A program made the translations under genes and the position numbers. 64,000 nt of DNA from an uncultured bacterium (GTDB lineage Bacteria; Acidobacteriota; Thermoanaerobaculia; Multivoradales; JAHZIX01). The notes beneath the pieces are model-generated. The model saw nothing but the letters and a program-made list of their open reading frames with translations. It did not search any database and had not been told where the DNA came from. This document shows positions 1-9,095 of this stretch, one piece after another (position 1 is the first letter of the stretch; every line of letters begins with the position of its first letter). The stretch spans positions 200,416 to 264,415 of the forward strand of contig CBDUPA010000008.1 of NCBI GenBank assembly GCA_965368975.1, written 5' to 3'.

Positions 1-338
1 ATCTCGGCTCTGCCGTACTCGCGTCGCGTCGCGGCTTCGACGTGTCCGTTCAGGTGATGGGCGATCAGTTGCATGCCGTAGCAGACCCCGAGCACGGGCA
101 CGCCGAGGTCGAGCACCGCCGGGTCCATGGCCGGTGCGTCGTCTTCGTAGACGCTGCGCGGGCCGCCGGACAGGATGATGCCGAGCGGTCCTTGCGCCGC
201 GAAGCGCTCGCGGATCTGGTCGGCGCTCAAGTCCGGAGGATGGACTTCGCAGTAGACGCGGTTCTCGCGGACGCGGCGCGCGATCAGCTGGGTGTACTGG
301 CTGCCGTAGTCGAGGATCAGGACGGTCTGGTGTGTCAC
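1..338 (-). CDS. guaA: GMP synthase (glutamine-hydrolysing), 5' part; runs off the window start
   Basis: Not in the ORF track. Manual minus-strand translation from GTG at 338 gives [32 protein letters not shown]...[12 protein letters not shown]...[11 protein letters not shown]...REYG, the GuaA class I glutamine amidotransferase N-terminus. Confidence 0.96.
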   Translation of the reverse strand, partial: MTHQTVLILDYGSQYTQLIARRVRENRVYCEVHPPDLSADQIRERFAAQGPLGIILSGGPRSVYEDDAPAMDPAVLDLGVPVLGVCYGMQLIAHHLNGHVEAATRREYGRAE

Positions 339-384
339 GCGTTGGTTTCCGGGATAGGGGGTCCAGGGTGGAGGGGTACGGCGC

Positions 385-479
385 TCGGGAAGACGGTGCT
401 TCGGGAAGACGGTGCTTCGGGAAGACGGTGCTTCGGGAAGACGGTGCTTCGGGAAGACGGTGCTACGGGAAGACGTGTT
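385..479. repeat. 16-bp tandem repeat (TCGGGAAGACGGTGCT), 5 perfect copies plus 1 degenerate copy
   Basis: Perfect copies start at 385, 401, 417, 433 and 449; degenerate copy at 465. No spacers. Lies between the kinase stop codon and the guaA start. Confidence 0.95.
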
Positions 480-2486
480 TCAGGAAGAGGGGACGGAGCC
501 CGTCCCGGCCCTTGTCTGCGCCAGACCTGGCAGTTCGGAGATGGTCGTCAGTAGGTCTTGGGCGGAGTAGGGCTTGGTCAGGATGGGGTGGCCATCCTGG
601 CGGATCGAGACGATCTCGCGGCCGTCGGCGTAGCCCGTGCTGACCACGACTGGCAGGCCTGGACGGGCTTTCTGCAACTCGCGGTATAGCTGACCCCCCT
701 CGGCGTCGGGCAGGATCATGTCGAGCACCACCAGCTGTGGCCACCCCGGTTCCGCTTGCAGCAAGCGCCGCATCTCCTCGCCGGTGGCTGCCAGGCGCGT
801 CTCGAAGCCGCTACGCTGCAGTATCCGGTGCAGCCATTCGAGCGTCAGGTCTTCGTCTTCGACCACCAGCACTCGTCCCTTCGACGCGGTCTCGGGTTCG
901 GTGACCTGGCGTGGCTGCGGCACATCGACTTCGGTGGCCGGCAAGCGTAGCTCGACCGTCGTGCCCTGGCCGATGGCCGACTCGATGTGCAGGCTACCAC
1001 CAGCCGCCGTGGCGATGCTCTTGGCGACCGCCAGCCCGAGCCCGACGCCGAGGCCTCTGGGTTTGGTGGTGACAAAGGGCTCCGTGGCTCGGTGCAGCAC
1101 GTCGCCGGTCATGCCGACGCCGGTGTCGCGCACCGCCAGCACGGTGTCTCGACCGCCACCTCGATGGTCATCGTCTCGACGGGTGCCCAGCCGCACCTGG
1201 ATACCCTGCCCGGGGTGACTGGCATCTCGGGCGTTGAGCAGGAGGTTGATCAGAGCCAGGCGCAGCTGTTCGGGATCGGCGACGACCGGTGCGCACGGTT
1301 CGAGGGCCAGCTCCAACGGGCGGTCGCGTCCGACGGTACTCTCGAGCAGTGGCCACCAGGCGACGATCCGCTGGCGCAAGTCGAAGCGTCTCGGCTCGGT
1401 CGGCTGGGCCTGGGCGAAGGTCAGCAGCTGCCGTGCCAGCTTGGAGCCGCGGTCGAGGGCATCCGCGGCGGCCGCACGTGCCCGCTCGCATGTTGACTCG
1501 TCGGAGTCACCGGTGAGGCTCTCGAGACTGGCAGAGAGGATCTGCATCAGATTGTTGTACTCGTGTGCCACCGACGCGGAGATGCGCCCCAGCGCCTCGG
1601 TCTGGCGCACGTCTTCGAGTATCTGGCGGGCCTGCAGGCTCGACTCGAGGTTGCCGCAGCTGACGGCGATGGCACGCACCGGACCGCCATCGCTGGGGGG
1701 AATCGGCCGCAGGTCGATGCGCCAGAACTGGTGGTCGAGTTCGGTCAGGCCGGCAAAGGACGGGCGCAGTCCCTCGAAGATGTCGACCATGGCCAGGCAC
1801 AGATCCTTGGCTCGGCTGGAACGTTGCAGCAAGTCGAACAACCAAGCCTGGTGATCTCGGTCGGCGAGTTCGACCAAGGTGGAGTTGCTGTCGAAGACCA
1901 TCAGGCTGCGGTCGACCGCCAGCAACAGGCCTGGAGCAGCATCGAGCATGGTGCGCAGTCTTGGCTCGGCTGCGGAGGCTTGGGACGGCCAGGCCGCTTC
2001 CGAAGTGTCCGGCAGCAGGCTGACACACTCATCGGTCAGGGCCTTGGCGGCCGCTTGCTCATCGGCGCTCCAGGTGTGCGGCTGTTGGAAGCTGAAGATG
2101 GTCACACCGACGCCGCGACCGTCGACCACCAGCGGCGTATAGAGGCAGGCGCTGAGCCCATAGCGCTCGCGGGCGACGCGGGCGACACGCTCGTCGTCCA
2201 ACGCGTTGTCGACCGCCACCGTCTTCTGGTCGCGGATCGCATGGAAGGCACCTGGCGCGGCGGTCACGTCGAGGCCGTAAGCCAGGTGCGTGGCTCGGAA
2301 GCCGTGCGAAATCGCCTGGCAGATCAGGCGTCGACGATCCGCGGACAGGAGGTGGATGCAGACGTTGTCGCAACCGAGACTGCGCTGGGCCTCCTGAGTC
2401 CAGTGCAGCAGTCGCTCGACCGCCGAGTTGGTGAGCAACGGTTGCGGATCAGGGGGATGAGAACGCTTCGAAACCATGTCAGGCAT
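480..2486 (-). CDS. Hybrid sensor histidine kinase (GAF, PAS-like, HisKA, HATPase, REC)
   Basis: GAF-like N-terminus; H-box SVAHEYNNLM; N-box LINLLLNARDA; G-boxes RDTGVGM and EPFVTTK..GLGVGLGL; C-terminal receiver VLVVEDE...LDMILP...KP. Confidence 0.92.
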   Translation of the reverse strand: MPDMVSKRSHPPDPQPLLTNSAVERLLHWTQEAQRSLGCDNVCIHLLSADRRRLICQAISHGFRATHLAYGLDVTAAPGAFHAIRDQKTVAVDNALDDERVARVARERYGLSACLYTPLVVDGRGVGVTIFSFQQPHTWSADEQAAAKALTDECVSLLPDTSEAAWPSQASAAEPRLRTMLDAAPGLLLAVDRSLMVFDSNSTLVELADRDHQAWLFDLLQRSSRAKDLCLAMVDIFEGLRPSFAGLTELDHQFWRIDLRPIPPSDGGPVRAIAVSCGNLESSLQARQILEDVRQTEALGRISASVAHEYNNLMQILSASLESLTGDSDESTCERARAAAADALDRGSKLARQLLTFAQAQPTEPRRFDLRQRIVAWWPLLESTVGRDRPLELALEPCAPVVADPEQLRLALINLLLNARDASHPGQGIQVRLGTRRDDDHRGGGRDTVLAVRDTGVGMTGDVLHRATEPFVTTKPRGLGVGLGLAVAKSIATAAGGSLHIESAIGQGTTVELRLPATEVDVPQPRQVTEPETASKGRVLVVEDEDLTLEWLHRILQRSGFETRLAATGEEMRRLLQAEPGWPQLVVLDMILPDAEGGQLYRELQKARPGLPVVVSTGYADGREIVSIRQDGHPILTKPYSAQDLLTTISELPGLAQTRAGTGSVPSS

Positions 2487-2493
2487 CCCGCGG

Positions 2494-3513
2494 CTAGAGG
2501 GCCGCCTCCGCTTTCAACTCTCGGGTCATCAACTCGTTGATCGTGTCGCGCGGTGCCTTGCCGTGGTAGAGCACGGCGACCATTTGTTCGGTGATGGGCA
2601 TCTCGACGCGCAACTCGTGCGCCAGCTGAGACACCGCGAGGGCATTGCGTACACCTTCGGCGACCATGCGCGTGCCACCGGTGATTTCCTCCAACGTCTT
2701 ACCTTCCGCCAGCTGCAGCCCGACCTTGCGGTTGCGCGACAGGCCCCCGGTGCAGGTCAGAACCAGGTCACCGAGCCCGGCCAACCCGTAGAAAGTGGCG
2801 GCGTCACCACCGCACTTGACGCCCAGCCGGGTGATCTCATGCAGACCACGGGTGATCAGGGCCGCTTCGGTATTCTGTCCCAGGCCCAGGCCGCTGAGCA
2901 CGCCGGCGGCGATGGCGATCACGTTCTTGGTCGTCCCGGCCAGCTCGACACCGATCACGTCGTCGGTGCGGTAGAGGCGGAAGCTGCTCGACGAGAGCAT
3001 CTCCTGCAGCTCCCGCGCCAGCTCCGGATCCTCGGACGCGATGACGCCAGCAGAGGGTACACCGCGGGCCAGCTCGGCGGCGAAGGTGGGCCCGCCGAGC
3101 ACTGCGAAGGGGAGCTTGCGGCCCGCGGCGGCGGCTTCTTCGGCGCAGACCTTGCTCATGCGCAAGGTCGACTCGGGTTCCAGGCCCTTGGTGGCCGATA
3201 CCAGCGCCGGTTTGGCGTCCGCCGGTAACGCCGCCAGGAGCTCGCGCACGGCATGGCGCAGACCGTGCGATGGCACGACCAGGAGGACTGCCTTGCACGC
3301 AGCGAGGTCTTGCAGGCGATGCGTCGGATGGACTGAGTCCGGTAGCTCGACACCCGGCAGATACACCTCGTTGCGCCGTTTCTGCTGCAGCTCGGCGGCA
3401 AAGTCTTCACGCCGAGCCCAGAGATGTACTTTGTGCTCCTGGTTGCAGCCGGCAGTATGGATGGCCAGTGCGGTGCCCCAGGAGCCGGCGCCAAGAATTC
3501 CTATTTCCGTCAC
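2494..3513 (-). CDS. gpsA: NAD(P)H-dependent glycerol-3-phosphate dehydrogenase
   Basis: GAGSWGTALA Rossmann motif, TKGLE, GPTFAAELA, KNVIAIAAG, GLAGLGDLVLTCTGGLSRNR. Confidence 0.97.
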   Translation of the reverse strand: MTEIGILGAGSWGTALAIHTAGCNQEHKVHLWARREDFAAELQQKRRNEVYLPGVELPDSVHPTHRLQDLAACKAVLLVVPSHGLRHAVRELLAALPADAKPALVSATKGLEPESTLRMSKVCAEEAAAAGRKLPFAVLGGPTFAAELARGVPSAGVIASEDPELARELQEMLSSSSFRLYRTDDVIGVELAGTTKNVIAIAAGVLSGLGLGQNTEAALITRGLHEITRLGVKCGGDAATFYGLAGLGDLVLTCTGGLSRNRKVGLQLAEGKTLEEITGGTRMVAEGVRNALAVSQLAHELRVEMPITEQMVAVLYHGKAPRDTINELMTRELKAEAAL

Positions 3514-3639
3514 GCTGGAGATCCTACCTCGCCAGCGCCGCCATCGCTAGCATCTGTGCCGGTCGGTGTTCGGGGCTGGTTGTTCGCCGGCTCGGCAGCG
3601 GGATGTCGAGGTCCAGGAATCCGTTGCACGTGGCCGAGC

Positions 3640-4950
3640 TCAGACCAGGCGGAGCAGGGAAGAAGTAGTCATGCCGGCGGCGCGCAGGAGCTGCCGACGT
3701 AGCATCTCGAGGGCGATCTGGCTGCTCTGCCAGCGGATCCGCTCGCGATCACCGGGTAGCTGCACGCGCCGGTGGCGCACCGGATCACCGTCGCCGTCGG
3801 GGGGACCGGCGACCGCAATGTGCACGGTACCCACCGGTTTGTCGTCAGTGCCACCGCCGGGACCGGCGATGCCGGTGACGCCGATGCCGTAGTCGGTGCC
3901 GAGCACGCGTCGAGCACCTTCGGCGAGCGCGCGCGCCACCGGTTCGCTGACGGCTCCGTGCTGCGCCAGCATGCTCTCAGGTACATCCGCCAAACGTGTC
4001 TTGAGGTCGTTGCTGTAGGTGACCAGGGCACCCTGGAAATACTGACTGCTGCCGGCGACGCGGGTCAGGCGCTCGGCGACCAGACCGCCTGTGCAGCTCT
4101 CGGCGGTACCGACGCTGGCTTTCTGCTCGCGCAGCAGACGTCCCACCACAGCCTCCAACGAGTCACCCAACTCGAAGCTGAACACGGCCTTGCCGATCAA
4201 CTCGACCAGGCGGCGACGGATCGCCTGCAGGCGCTGCTGGCGCGCCTCTTCGGCGCCGGTGGCCCAGAAGCGCAGGGTGATCTCGGCCGGTTTGGCCAGG
4301 ATCGTGATGGCCTCGCGGCCGAACTCCTCGTAGGCCGGCTTGATCCGCTGCTCGACTTCGGATTCCGGCAGACAGGCGACCTTGACCACCCCCATCTCGT
4401 GTGCAACGCCGGTGCCGTGTTCCTGCAGCCAGGGCTCCAGGTGCAGCTGCAGGATGGCATCGAATTCTCCAGGTACCCCAGGTGCCAGCACCAGCGTGCG
4501 AGGATCGCCCCCGGGTAGGGGGCCGGCAGCTTCGAGTAACAGACCGGGAGCGGTGCCGCGCGGGTTGTCGAGAACACGGGCTCCGCGTGGGACGTTCGCT
4601 TGCCGCCGGTTGATCTCCGGCATCTCGCGGTTCATGAAGGCGAACTTGGCACGGATGGCGTCGACGATACTCGGGTCTTCAACCAGCTCTAGATCGAAGT
4701 GTGCCGCCACCGACTCGCGCGTGATGTCGTCGGCCGTCGGACCGAGACCGCCGCTGATCAGTACCAGCTCGGCGCGTTCCAAAAACTGGCTCAGGACGCG
4801 CCGGATGTCGTCCTCGTGATCGCCGACCACGGCCTTGGCCACCAGTTCGACACCGTAGCGGTGGAGCAGCTCGGCGGCGCGCAGGGAGTTGGTATCTAGA
4901 CGGTCGGTGCCCAGCAGCTCCGACCCGACGGCAAGGATTGCGGCTCGCAT
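3640..4950 (-). CDS. cinA: Competence/damage-inducible protein CinA (MoCF-like domain plus NMN deamidase PncC domain)
   Basis: VGSELL..DTNS, GGLGPTADDITRE, GTAPG, AESCTGGL, GAVSE, GVTGIAGPGGGT..KPVGTV. Confidence 0.96.
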   Translation of the reverse strand: MRAAILAVGSELLGTDRLDTNSLRAAELLHRYGVELVAKAVVGDHEDDIRRVLSQFLERAELVLISGGLGPTADDITRESVAAHFDLELVEDPSIVDAIRAKFAFMNREMPEINRRQANVPRGARVLDNPRGTAPGLLLEAAGPLPGGDPRTLVLAPGVPGEFDAILQLHLEPWLQEHGTGVAHEMGVVKVACLPESEVEQRIKPAYEEFGREAITILAKPAEITLRFWATGAEEARQQRLQAIRRRLVELIGKAVFSFELGDSLEAVVGRLLREQKASVGTAESCTGGLVAERLTRVAGSSQYFQGALVTYSNDLKTRLADVPESMLAQHGAVSEPVARALAEGARRVLGTDYGIGVTGIAGPGGGTDDKPVGTVHIAVAGPPDGDGDPVRHRRVQLPGDRERIRWQSSQIALEMLRRQLLRAAGMTTSSLLRLV

Positions 4951-4956
4951 TCCGCG

Positions 4957-4962
4957 ATTCTA
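4957..4962 (-). promoter_or_regulatory. Putative -10 element (TAGAAT) 6 nt upstream of the cinA ATG; leaderless candidate
   Basis: Minus strand reads TAGAAT-cgcgga-ATG with no Shine-Dalgarno sequence. Confidence 0.5.
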
Positions 4963-4978
4963 GCCTACGTACCGGTTT

Positions 4979-6145
4979 TCAGCGCATCGGTCCGAGCCAG
5001 CCGAAACCATCGCTCGGTGCCGACCTCTCTCGGCGCGCGAGATCGTCGTGGATGCGCTGGAAATCAGAGTGGCAGGCGAAGAAGGCGTCGACCAGCAGCG
5101 GGTCGAAATGGTGGCCGCGGTCGATCGAGATGCGCTCGACCGCTGTGTCGTGGCTGAGGGCTGGTTTGTAGGGACGCCGATTGGTGATCGTGTCGTAGGC
5201 GTCGACCAGGGCGACGATGCGCGCTGCCAGCGGGATCAGCCGGCCGGCCAGGCGCCGTGGATAGCCGGTGCCGTCCCAGCGCTCGTGGTGGTGATAGGCA
5301 ATCTGCATCGCCATGGTCAGGAAGCTGTGGCCCTCGAAGCGGCGAATCACCGAGCGCAGCGTATCGCCGCCGATGCTGGTGTGCGTACGCATGATGTCCA
5401 TCTCGTCGGCGGTCAGAGGGCCCGGTTTGCGCAGGATGGCGTCCGGGATACCGACCTTGCCGATGTCGTGCAGAGGGCTGGACTTGGTCAGCTGCTCGAT
5501 AAAGCCGTCGGTCGTCAGGTGGTTGTACGGCCCCTGGCGCAGTTGTTCGGCCAAGCGCCGACTGTAGGCCGAGATGCGCTCCAGGTGCAGGCCGGTCTCG
5601 ACATCGCGCGATTCTGCCAGCCGCGCGAGCGTCAACAGCGCGATGTCGCGGGTCTGGCGCAACTCGTGCGTGCGCTCGGTGACCTGGTGTTCCAGTTCTT
5701 GACGGTAGCGGTCGTGGCTGCGCAGCAGGCGGCTGCGTTCGAGCGCATGTTTGAGGGTACTTTCCAGGTCTTCCGCGTCGTACGGCTTGATCAGGTAGTC
5801 GTAGGCGCCGTTGCGCAGGCAGCGACGGACGGTGTCGACGTCCTGGGCGGCCGAGATCATCACCACCTGTATGTACTCGTCGAGTTGTTTGAGCTGTTCG
5901 AGCAGGTCGATCCCCGAGATTCCGGGCAGACGGACATCCACCAGCGCCACTTGCGGGGCGGGCGTCTGGCGCGCGGCCATGAAGCCAGCTTCAGCGCTCG
6001 ACGCGGTGCGGCAGTCGAACCCGAGCTGTTCCAGCTGGCGGCCGAGCAGGTGCGCGACCTGTTCGTCATCCTCGACGATCAGGGCCATTGGACGCCGGAC
6101 GGTGGGCGGTAGCACACCGCTGAGATGCTCGGTTGCAAGATCCAT
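4979..6145 (-). CDS. Response regulator with HD-GYP c-di-GMP phosphodiesterase domain (RpfG-like)
   Basis: N-terminal REC domain (IVEDD...VDVRLPG...KP); ETGLHLERI, LHDIGKVGIPDAILRKPGPLT, HHERWDGTGYP, RRPYK. Confidence 0.95.
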   Translation of the reverse strand: MDLATEHLSGVLPPTVRRPMALIVEDDEQVAHLLGRQLEQLGFDCRTASSAEAGFMAARQTPAPQVALVDVRLPGISGIDLLEQLKQLDEYIQVVMISAAQDVDTVRRCLRNGAYDYLIKPYDAEDLESTLKHALERSRLLRSHDRYRQELEHQVTERTHELRQTRDIALLTLARLAESRDVETGLHLERISAYSRRLAEQLRQGPYNHLTTDGFIEQLTKSSPLHDIGKVGIPDAILRKPGPLTADEMDIMRTHTSIGGDTLRSVIRRFEGHSFLTMAMQIAYHHHERWDGTGYPRRLAGRLIPLAARIVALVDAYDTITNRRPYKPALSHDTAVERISIDRGHHFDPLLVDAFFACHSDFQRIHDDLARRERSAPSDGFGWLGPMR

Positions 6146-6286
6146 AGCTTCACCTAGAACTTAGAAATAAAGGCTAGCGTAGCGGGAGTCCCGGGTCAAG
6201 GTTGTTTCGAGTCGTAGTGTTCTGAGTTTATGAAGTCTTGGAGATCGCGAAAGCAGGCAGCCAGCGTCACGCTTTGGCGCCTGAGG

Positions 6287-6306
6287 TGCACGTTCATGGA
6301 GAAGTT
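6287..6306 (+). promoter_or_regulatory. Conserved upstream motif, copy 1 (TGCACGTTCATGGAGAAGTT)
   Basis: 17/20 identical to 8984-9003; both copies start about 110 bp upstream of the next ATG. Confidence 0.5.
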
Positions 6307-6394
6307 AGAGTCTGCCGCCGTGCTCATGTGTTCTCTGGGTATAGAGACATGGCCACGGGGGCACTTATTCAACATGCATGTAGGGAGATCGTCG

Positions 6395-6928
6395 ATGAAT
6401 CGACAGTCATGTCGGACGTGGGACCGGTACGCAGCCTCGCTGCTGCTGGTCACCACACTCGTAGTCGGAGCTGGCGCCGCGCAAGCCGCGGACCAGCCGA
6501 CCCCAACCGTGGATGCGAACACGCCGGACGGCGAAGCCGCACCGGCCTGGGCGCAGGTCCAGGTTCTCACCCCGTCGCCGGAGCTGATTCCGTCGGTGAC
6601 CGCTCGTGCCGCGATGGGGGAGCCGGATGCTCTGCGCGTCGCAGTCGACCCCGAAACCGGTGCACTGCGGGCGCCGACGCGCGAAGAACGCGCGCAGCTG
6701 AACGAAGCCTTGCAGCCGCGGCTCAACCGCTCCAGCGTCGGTCTGCAGGCTGTGACGCTGGTCAATGGTACGCAACTGCTCAACTTGCAGGGTCGCTTCC
6801 TGAGCGCCGCGCAGGTCGAGGTGCTGCCCGACGGCAGCCACCAGTTCCAGTGCCTGATGGAGACCGAGGAAGAAACCGCCGTCCGCCAGCAGCGCCAGAC
6901 GCAGAAGGGGGCGGCCGATGTCCAGTAA
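6395..6928 (+). CDS. Small secreted partner of the PA-domain peptidase (resembles the post-PEP-CTERM-1 domain family)
   Basis: ATG 6395 preceded by GGGAG; signal-peptide-like N-terminus; LRVAVDPETGALRAPTREE core; C-terminal DGSHQFQC; overlaps the start of the peptidase gene. Confidence 0.75.
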   Translation: MNRQSCRTWDRYAASLLLVTTLVVGAGAAQAADQPTPTVDANTPDGEAAPAWAQVQVLTPSPELIPSVTARAAMGEPDALRVAVDPETGALRAPTREERAQLNEALQPRLNRSSVGLQAVTLVNGTQLLNLQGRFLSAAQVEVLPDGSHQFQCLMETEEETAVRQQRQTQKGAADVQ

Positions 6929-8846
6929 CAGTCTCACCCTCGCTAGCCGCCGCTGTCTCTTCGGCGTGCTCGCTCTGAGCTTCCTTCTGACCGCGGCCCC
7001 GGTGTTTGCCGTCAACATCTTCATCGTCAACATGGACGGCCCCGGCGAAGGCTTCAACGATCCGACGGTAGTCGCTCCTGTGGGCGGGAACCCGGGGACC
7101 ACACTCGGCCAGCAACGCCTGATCGTCTTCCAGCAGGCGGCGGCGATCTGGGGCGGCACGCTCGACAGCGCGGTCGACATCTACGTCCAGGCCAGCCTGG
7201 ATCCGCTGCCCTGCTCGCCGACCTCGGCGACGCTGGGGCAGGCCGGTACCCTCCAGGTCTCGGCCAACTTCGGCGGTGCGCCCTTGTCCAACACCTGGTA
7301 CCACATCGCGCTGGCCAACAAGCTTGCCGGTGTCGACCTGATTCCAGGTGCTCCAGGGACCGCGGCCGACGACATTGGTGCCACCTTCAACAGCTCGATC
7401 GACAACAACCCGGCCTGCTTGCCGGGCAACTGGTACTACGGTCTCGATCACAACGAGGGCGCTAATGACATCGACTTCCTGGCCGTGCTGCTGCACGAGT
7501 TCAACCACGGTTTGGGTATGGCCAACTTCACCAACGAGGCGACCGGTGCATTGCTCGGTCCTCCCTTCTATCCCGGTATCTTCGACGTCTTCACCCTGGA
7601 TACCGACCAGGGCTTGACCTGGGATCTGATGACCAACGCTCAGCGTGCCACCTCGGCCGTCAACTGCGGCGGCGTGGTGTGGAATGGTCCCAATGTCACG
7701 GCCTTTGCACCGTTGATCCTGGATAGCGGTGTGTCGGAACTGTCCGTCAACAGCCCGGTGGCGATCGCCGGTGACTACCAGGTCGGGGAGGCCTTGTTCG
7801 GTCCCGTGTTGACCTCACCGGGAGTGACTGGTGATCTGGAGCTGGTCAATGATGGTGTCGGCACCGTCACAGATGGTTGCGAGCCGCTAGTTGGCTTCAC
7901 CAGTGGCAATGTCGCCCTGATCGACCGGGGCAGCTGTACCTTCGTCCAGAAAGTACAGAATGCCGAGGCCGCGGGCGCCACCGCCGTCGTGGTTGCCGAC
8001 AATGTTGCTGGCTGTCCGCCCGACCAGCTGGGGGGTACCGGCATCACCAACGTTCCCGCGGTTCGCATCAGCTTGGCTGATGGCAACACGATCAAGGCCC
8101 AGTTGCCGGGAGTCAACGTCACCTTGGGAGTCGACGACAACCAGCTACAGGGCGCCAACGATGCGGGGCAGGTACTGATCTATAGCCCGGATCCTCTGGA
8201 GCCCGGCTCCACCCTCTCTCATTGGGACGTCAGCGCATCGCCGGACCTTCTGATGGAGCCCTTCTTCACCTCGGGCCTGACTGATGATCTGGATCTGAGT
8301 CCGATGCAACTGGCCGACATCGGCTGGATGCTGCAGCAGACCTGTGGCAACAACACACGTGAAGGCCTGGAAGTTTGTGATGGCACCGACCTGTTCGGCC
8401 AGACCTGCATCAGTCAGGGCTTCGACGGTGGCACTTTGGCCTGTGACGGAACCTGTACTGGTTTCGACACGTCGGCCTGCGTCACCTGCGTTGACGGCAA
8501 GACCGACGGTAGTTGGAACCTGCCGGATCTGACGCACCTCGGTGAGCTGTTCGGCTACCTCTACGACCCCAGTGGCACCGCGATCTACAAGATCTGGGGC
8601 ACGCTGGTGGAGACCTCGCCGGCCGGCGGTATCGCCCACGGAGTTGTGTACGACGGTAGCCTGCCGCACCCGTTCTACTTCACGGGCACGTGGAGTTACG
8701 TGCAGGCTGACAACGGTGGCTTCAACTTCACGGTCTTCGAGTATGGCACTGGCGCCAACGTCGGCTTCATCCAGGGCCGCTGGAGGGACGACCCGCTGTT
8801 CAGCAGCGTCGGCCAGTTCGGAGGAACCTGGCAGATCTGCCAATAG
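6918..8846 (+). CDS. Secreted PA-domain zinc metallopeptidase with Cys-rich repeat and C-terminal beta-rich domain
   Basis: Signal peptide; GEGFNDPT..PVGGNPGTTLGQQRL; HEFNH (HExxH); PA domain (DGCEP...ALIDRGSCTFVQKVQNAEAAGA); SHWD..PDLLMEP; CGNN.REG.EVCDG..L.GQTC. Confidence 0.88.
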   Translation: MSSNSLTLASRRCLFGVLALSFLLTAAPVFAVNIFIVNMDGPGEGFNDPTVVAPVGGNPGTTLGQQRLIVFQQAAAIWGGTLDSAVDIYVQASLDPLPCSPTSATLGQAGTLQVSANFGGAPLSNTWYHIALANKLAGVDLIPGAPGTAADDIGATFNSSIDNNPACLPGNWYYGLDHNEGANDIDFLAVLLHEFNHGLGMANFTNEATGALLGPPFYPGIFDVFTLDTDQGLTWDLMTNAQRATSAVNCGGVVWNGPNVTAFAPLILDSGVSELSVNSPVAIAGDYQVGEALFGPVLTSPGVTGDLELVNDGVGTVTDGCEPLVGFTSGNVALIDRGSCTFVQKVQNAEAAGATAVVVADNVAGCPPDQLGGTGITNVPAVRISLADGNTIKAQLPGVNVTLGVDDNQLQGANDAGQVLIYSPDPLEPGSTLSHWDVSASPDLLMEPFFTSGLTDDLDLSPMQLADIGWMLQQTCGNNTREGLEVCDGTDLFGQTCISQGFDGGTLACDGTCTGFDTSACVTCVDGKTDGSWNLPDLTHLGELFGYLYDPSGTAIYKIWGTLVETSPAGGIAHGVVYDGSLPHPFYFTGTWSYVQADNGGFNFTVFEYGTGANVGFIQGRWRDDPLFSSVGQFGGTWQICQ

Positions 8847-8903
8847 CGTGCCGAAGCACTGAATCCGGTCTCGACTTCTGAGGTCGCTTGCTCCGTCCGG
8901 AGC

Positions 8904-8943
8904 TGGCCGGTTTCCCGCTGCCCCGGGAAACCGGCCATTTTTT
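8904..8943 (+). terminator. Rho-independent terminator
   Basis: Perfect 14-bp stem TGGCCGGTTTCCCG/CGGGAAACCGGCCA, 6-nt loop, then TTTTTT; 57 bp after the peptidase stop codon. Confidence 0.88.
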
Positions 8944-8983
8944 GTCGATTCACACGTTCAGTGTCCCGTTTGTCTAGGTGAAC

Positions 8984-9003
8984 TGCACGTGCATCGAGAA
9001 GCT
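8984..9003 (+). promoter_or_regulatory. Conserved upstream motif, copy 2 (TGCACGTGCATCGAGAAGCT)
   Basis: 17/20 identical to 6287-6306; contains the palindrome TGCACGTGCA. Confidence 0.5.
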
Positions 9004-9095
9004 CACGTGTGCTCGAAGGCTCTCCGTGTAGGCCCTGCCTTGCATGCGTGGGAGCGGCAACATCGCCCAGAATTCTGACTCCAGAGGACGACTCG

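Noticed and set aside
385-479. Possible CRISPR array
   Set aside because: The 16-bp units are directly adjacent with no spacers, and no cas genes are present.
42-554. Plus-strand 170-aa ORF
   Set aside because: It is the antisense shadow of guaA plus a translation of the tandem repeat.
6146-6394. c-di-GMP riboswitch or sRNA next to the HD-GYP gene
   Set aside because: The region is AT-richer and intergenic, but I could not recognise GEMM-type consensus elements; an Infernal/Rfam scan would be decisive.
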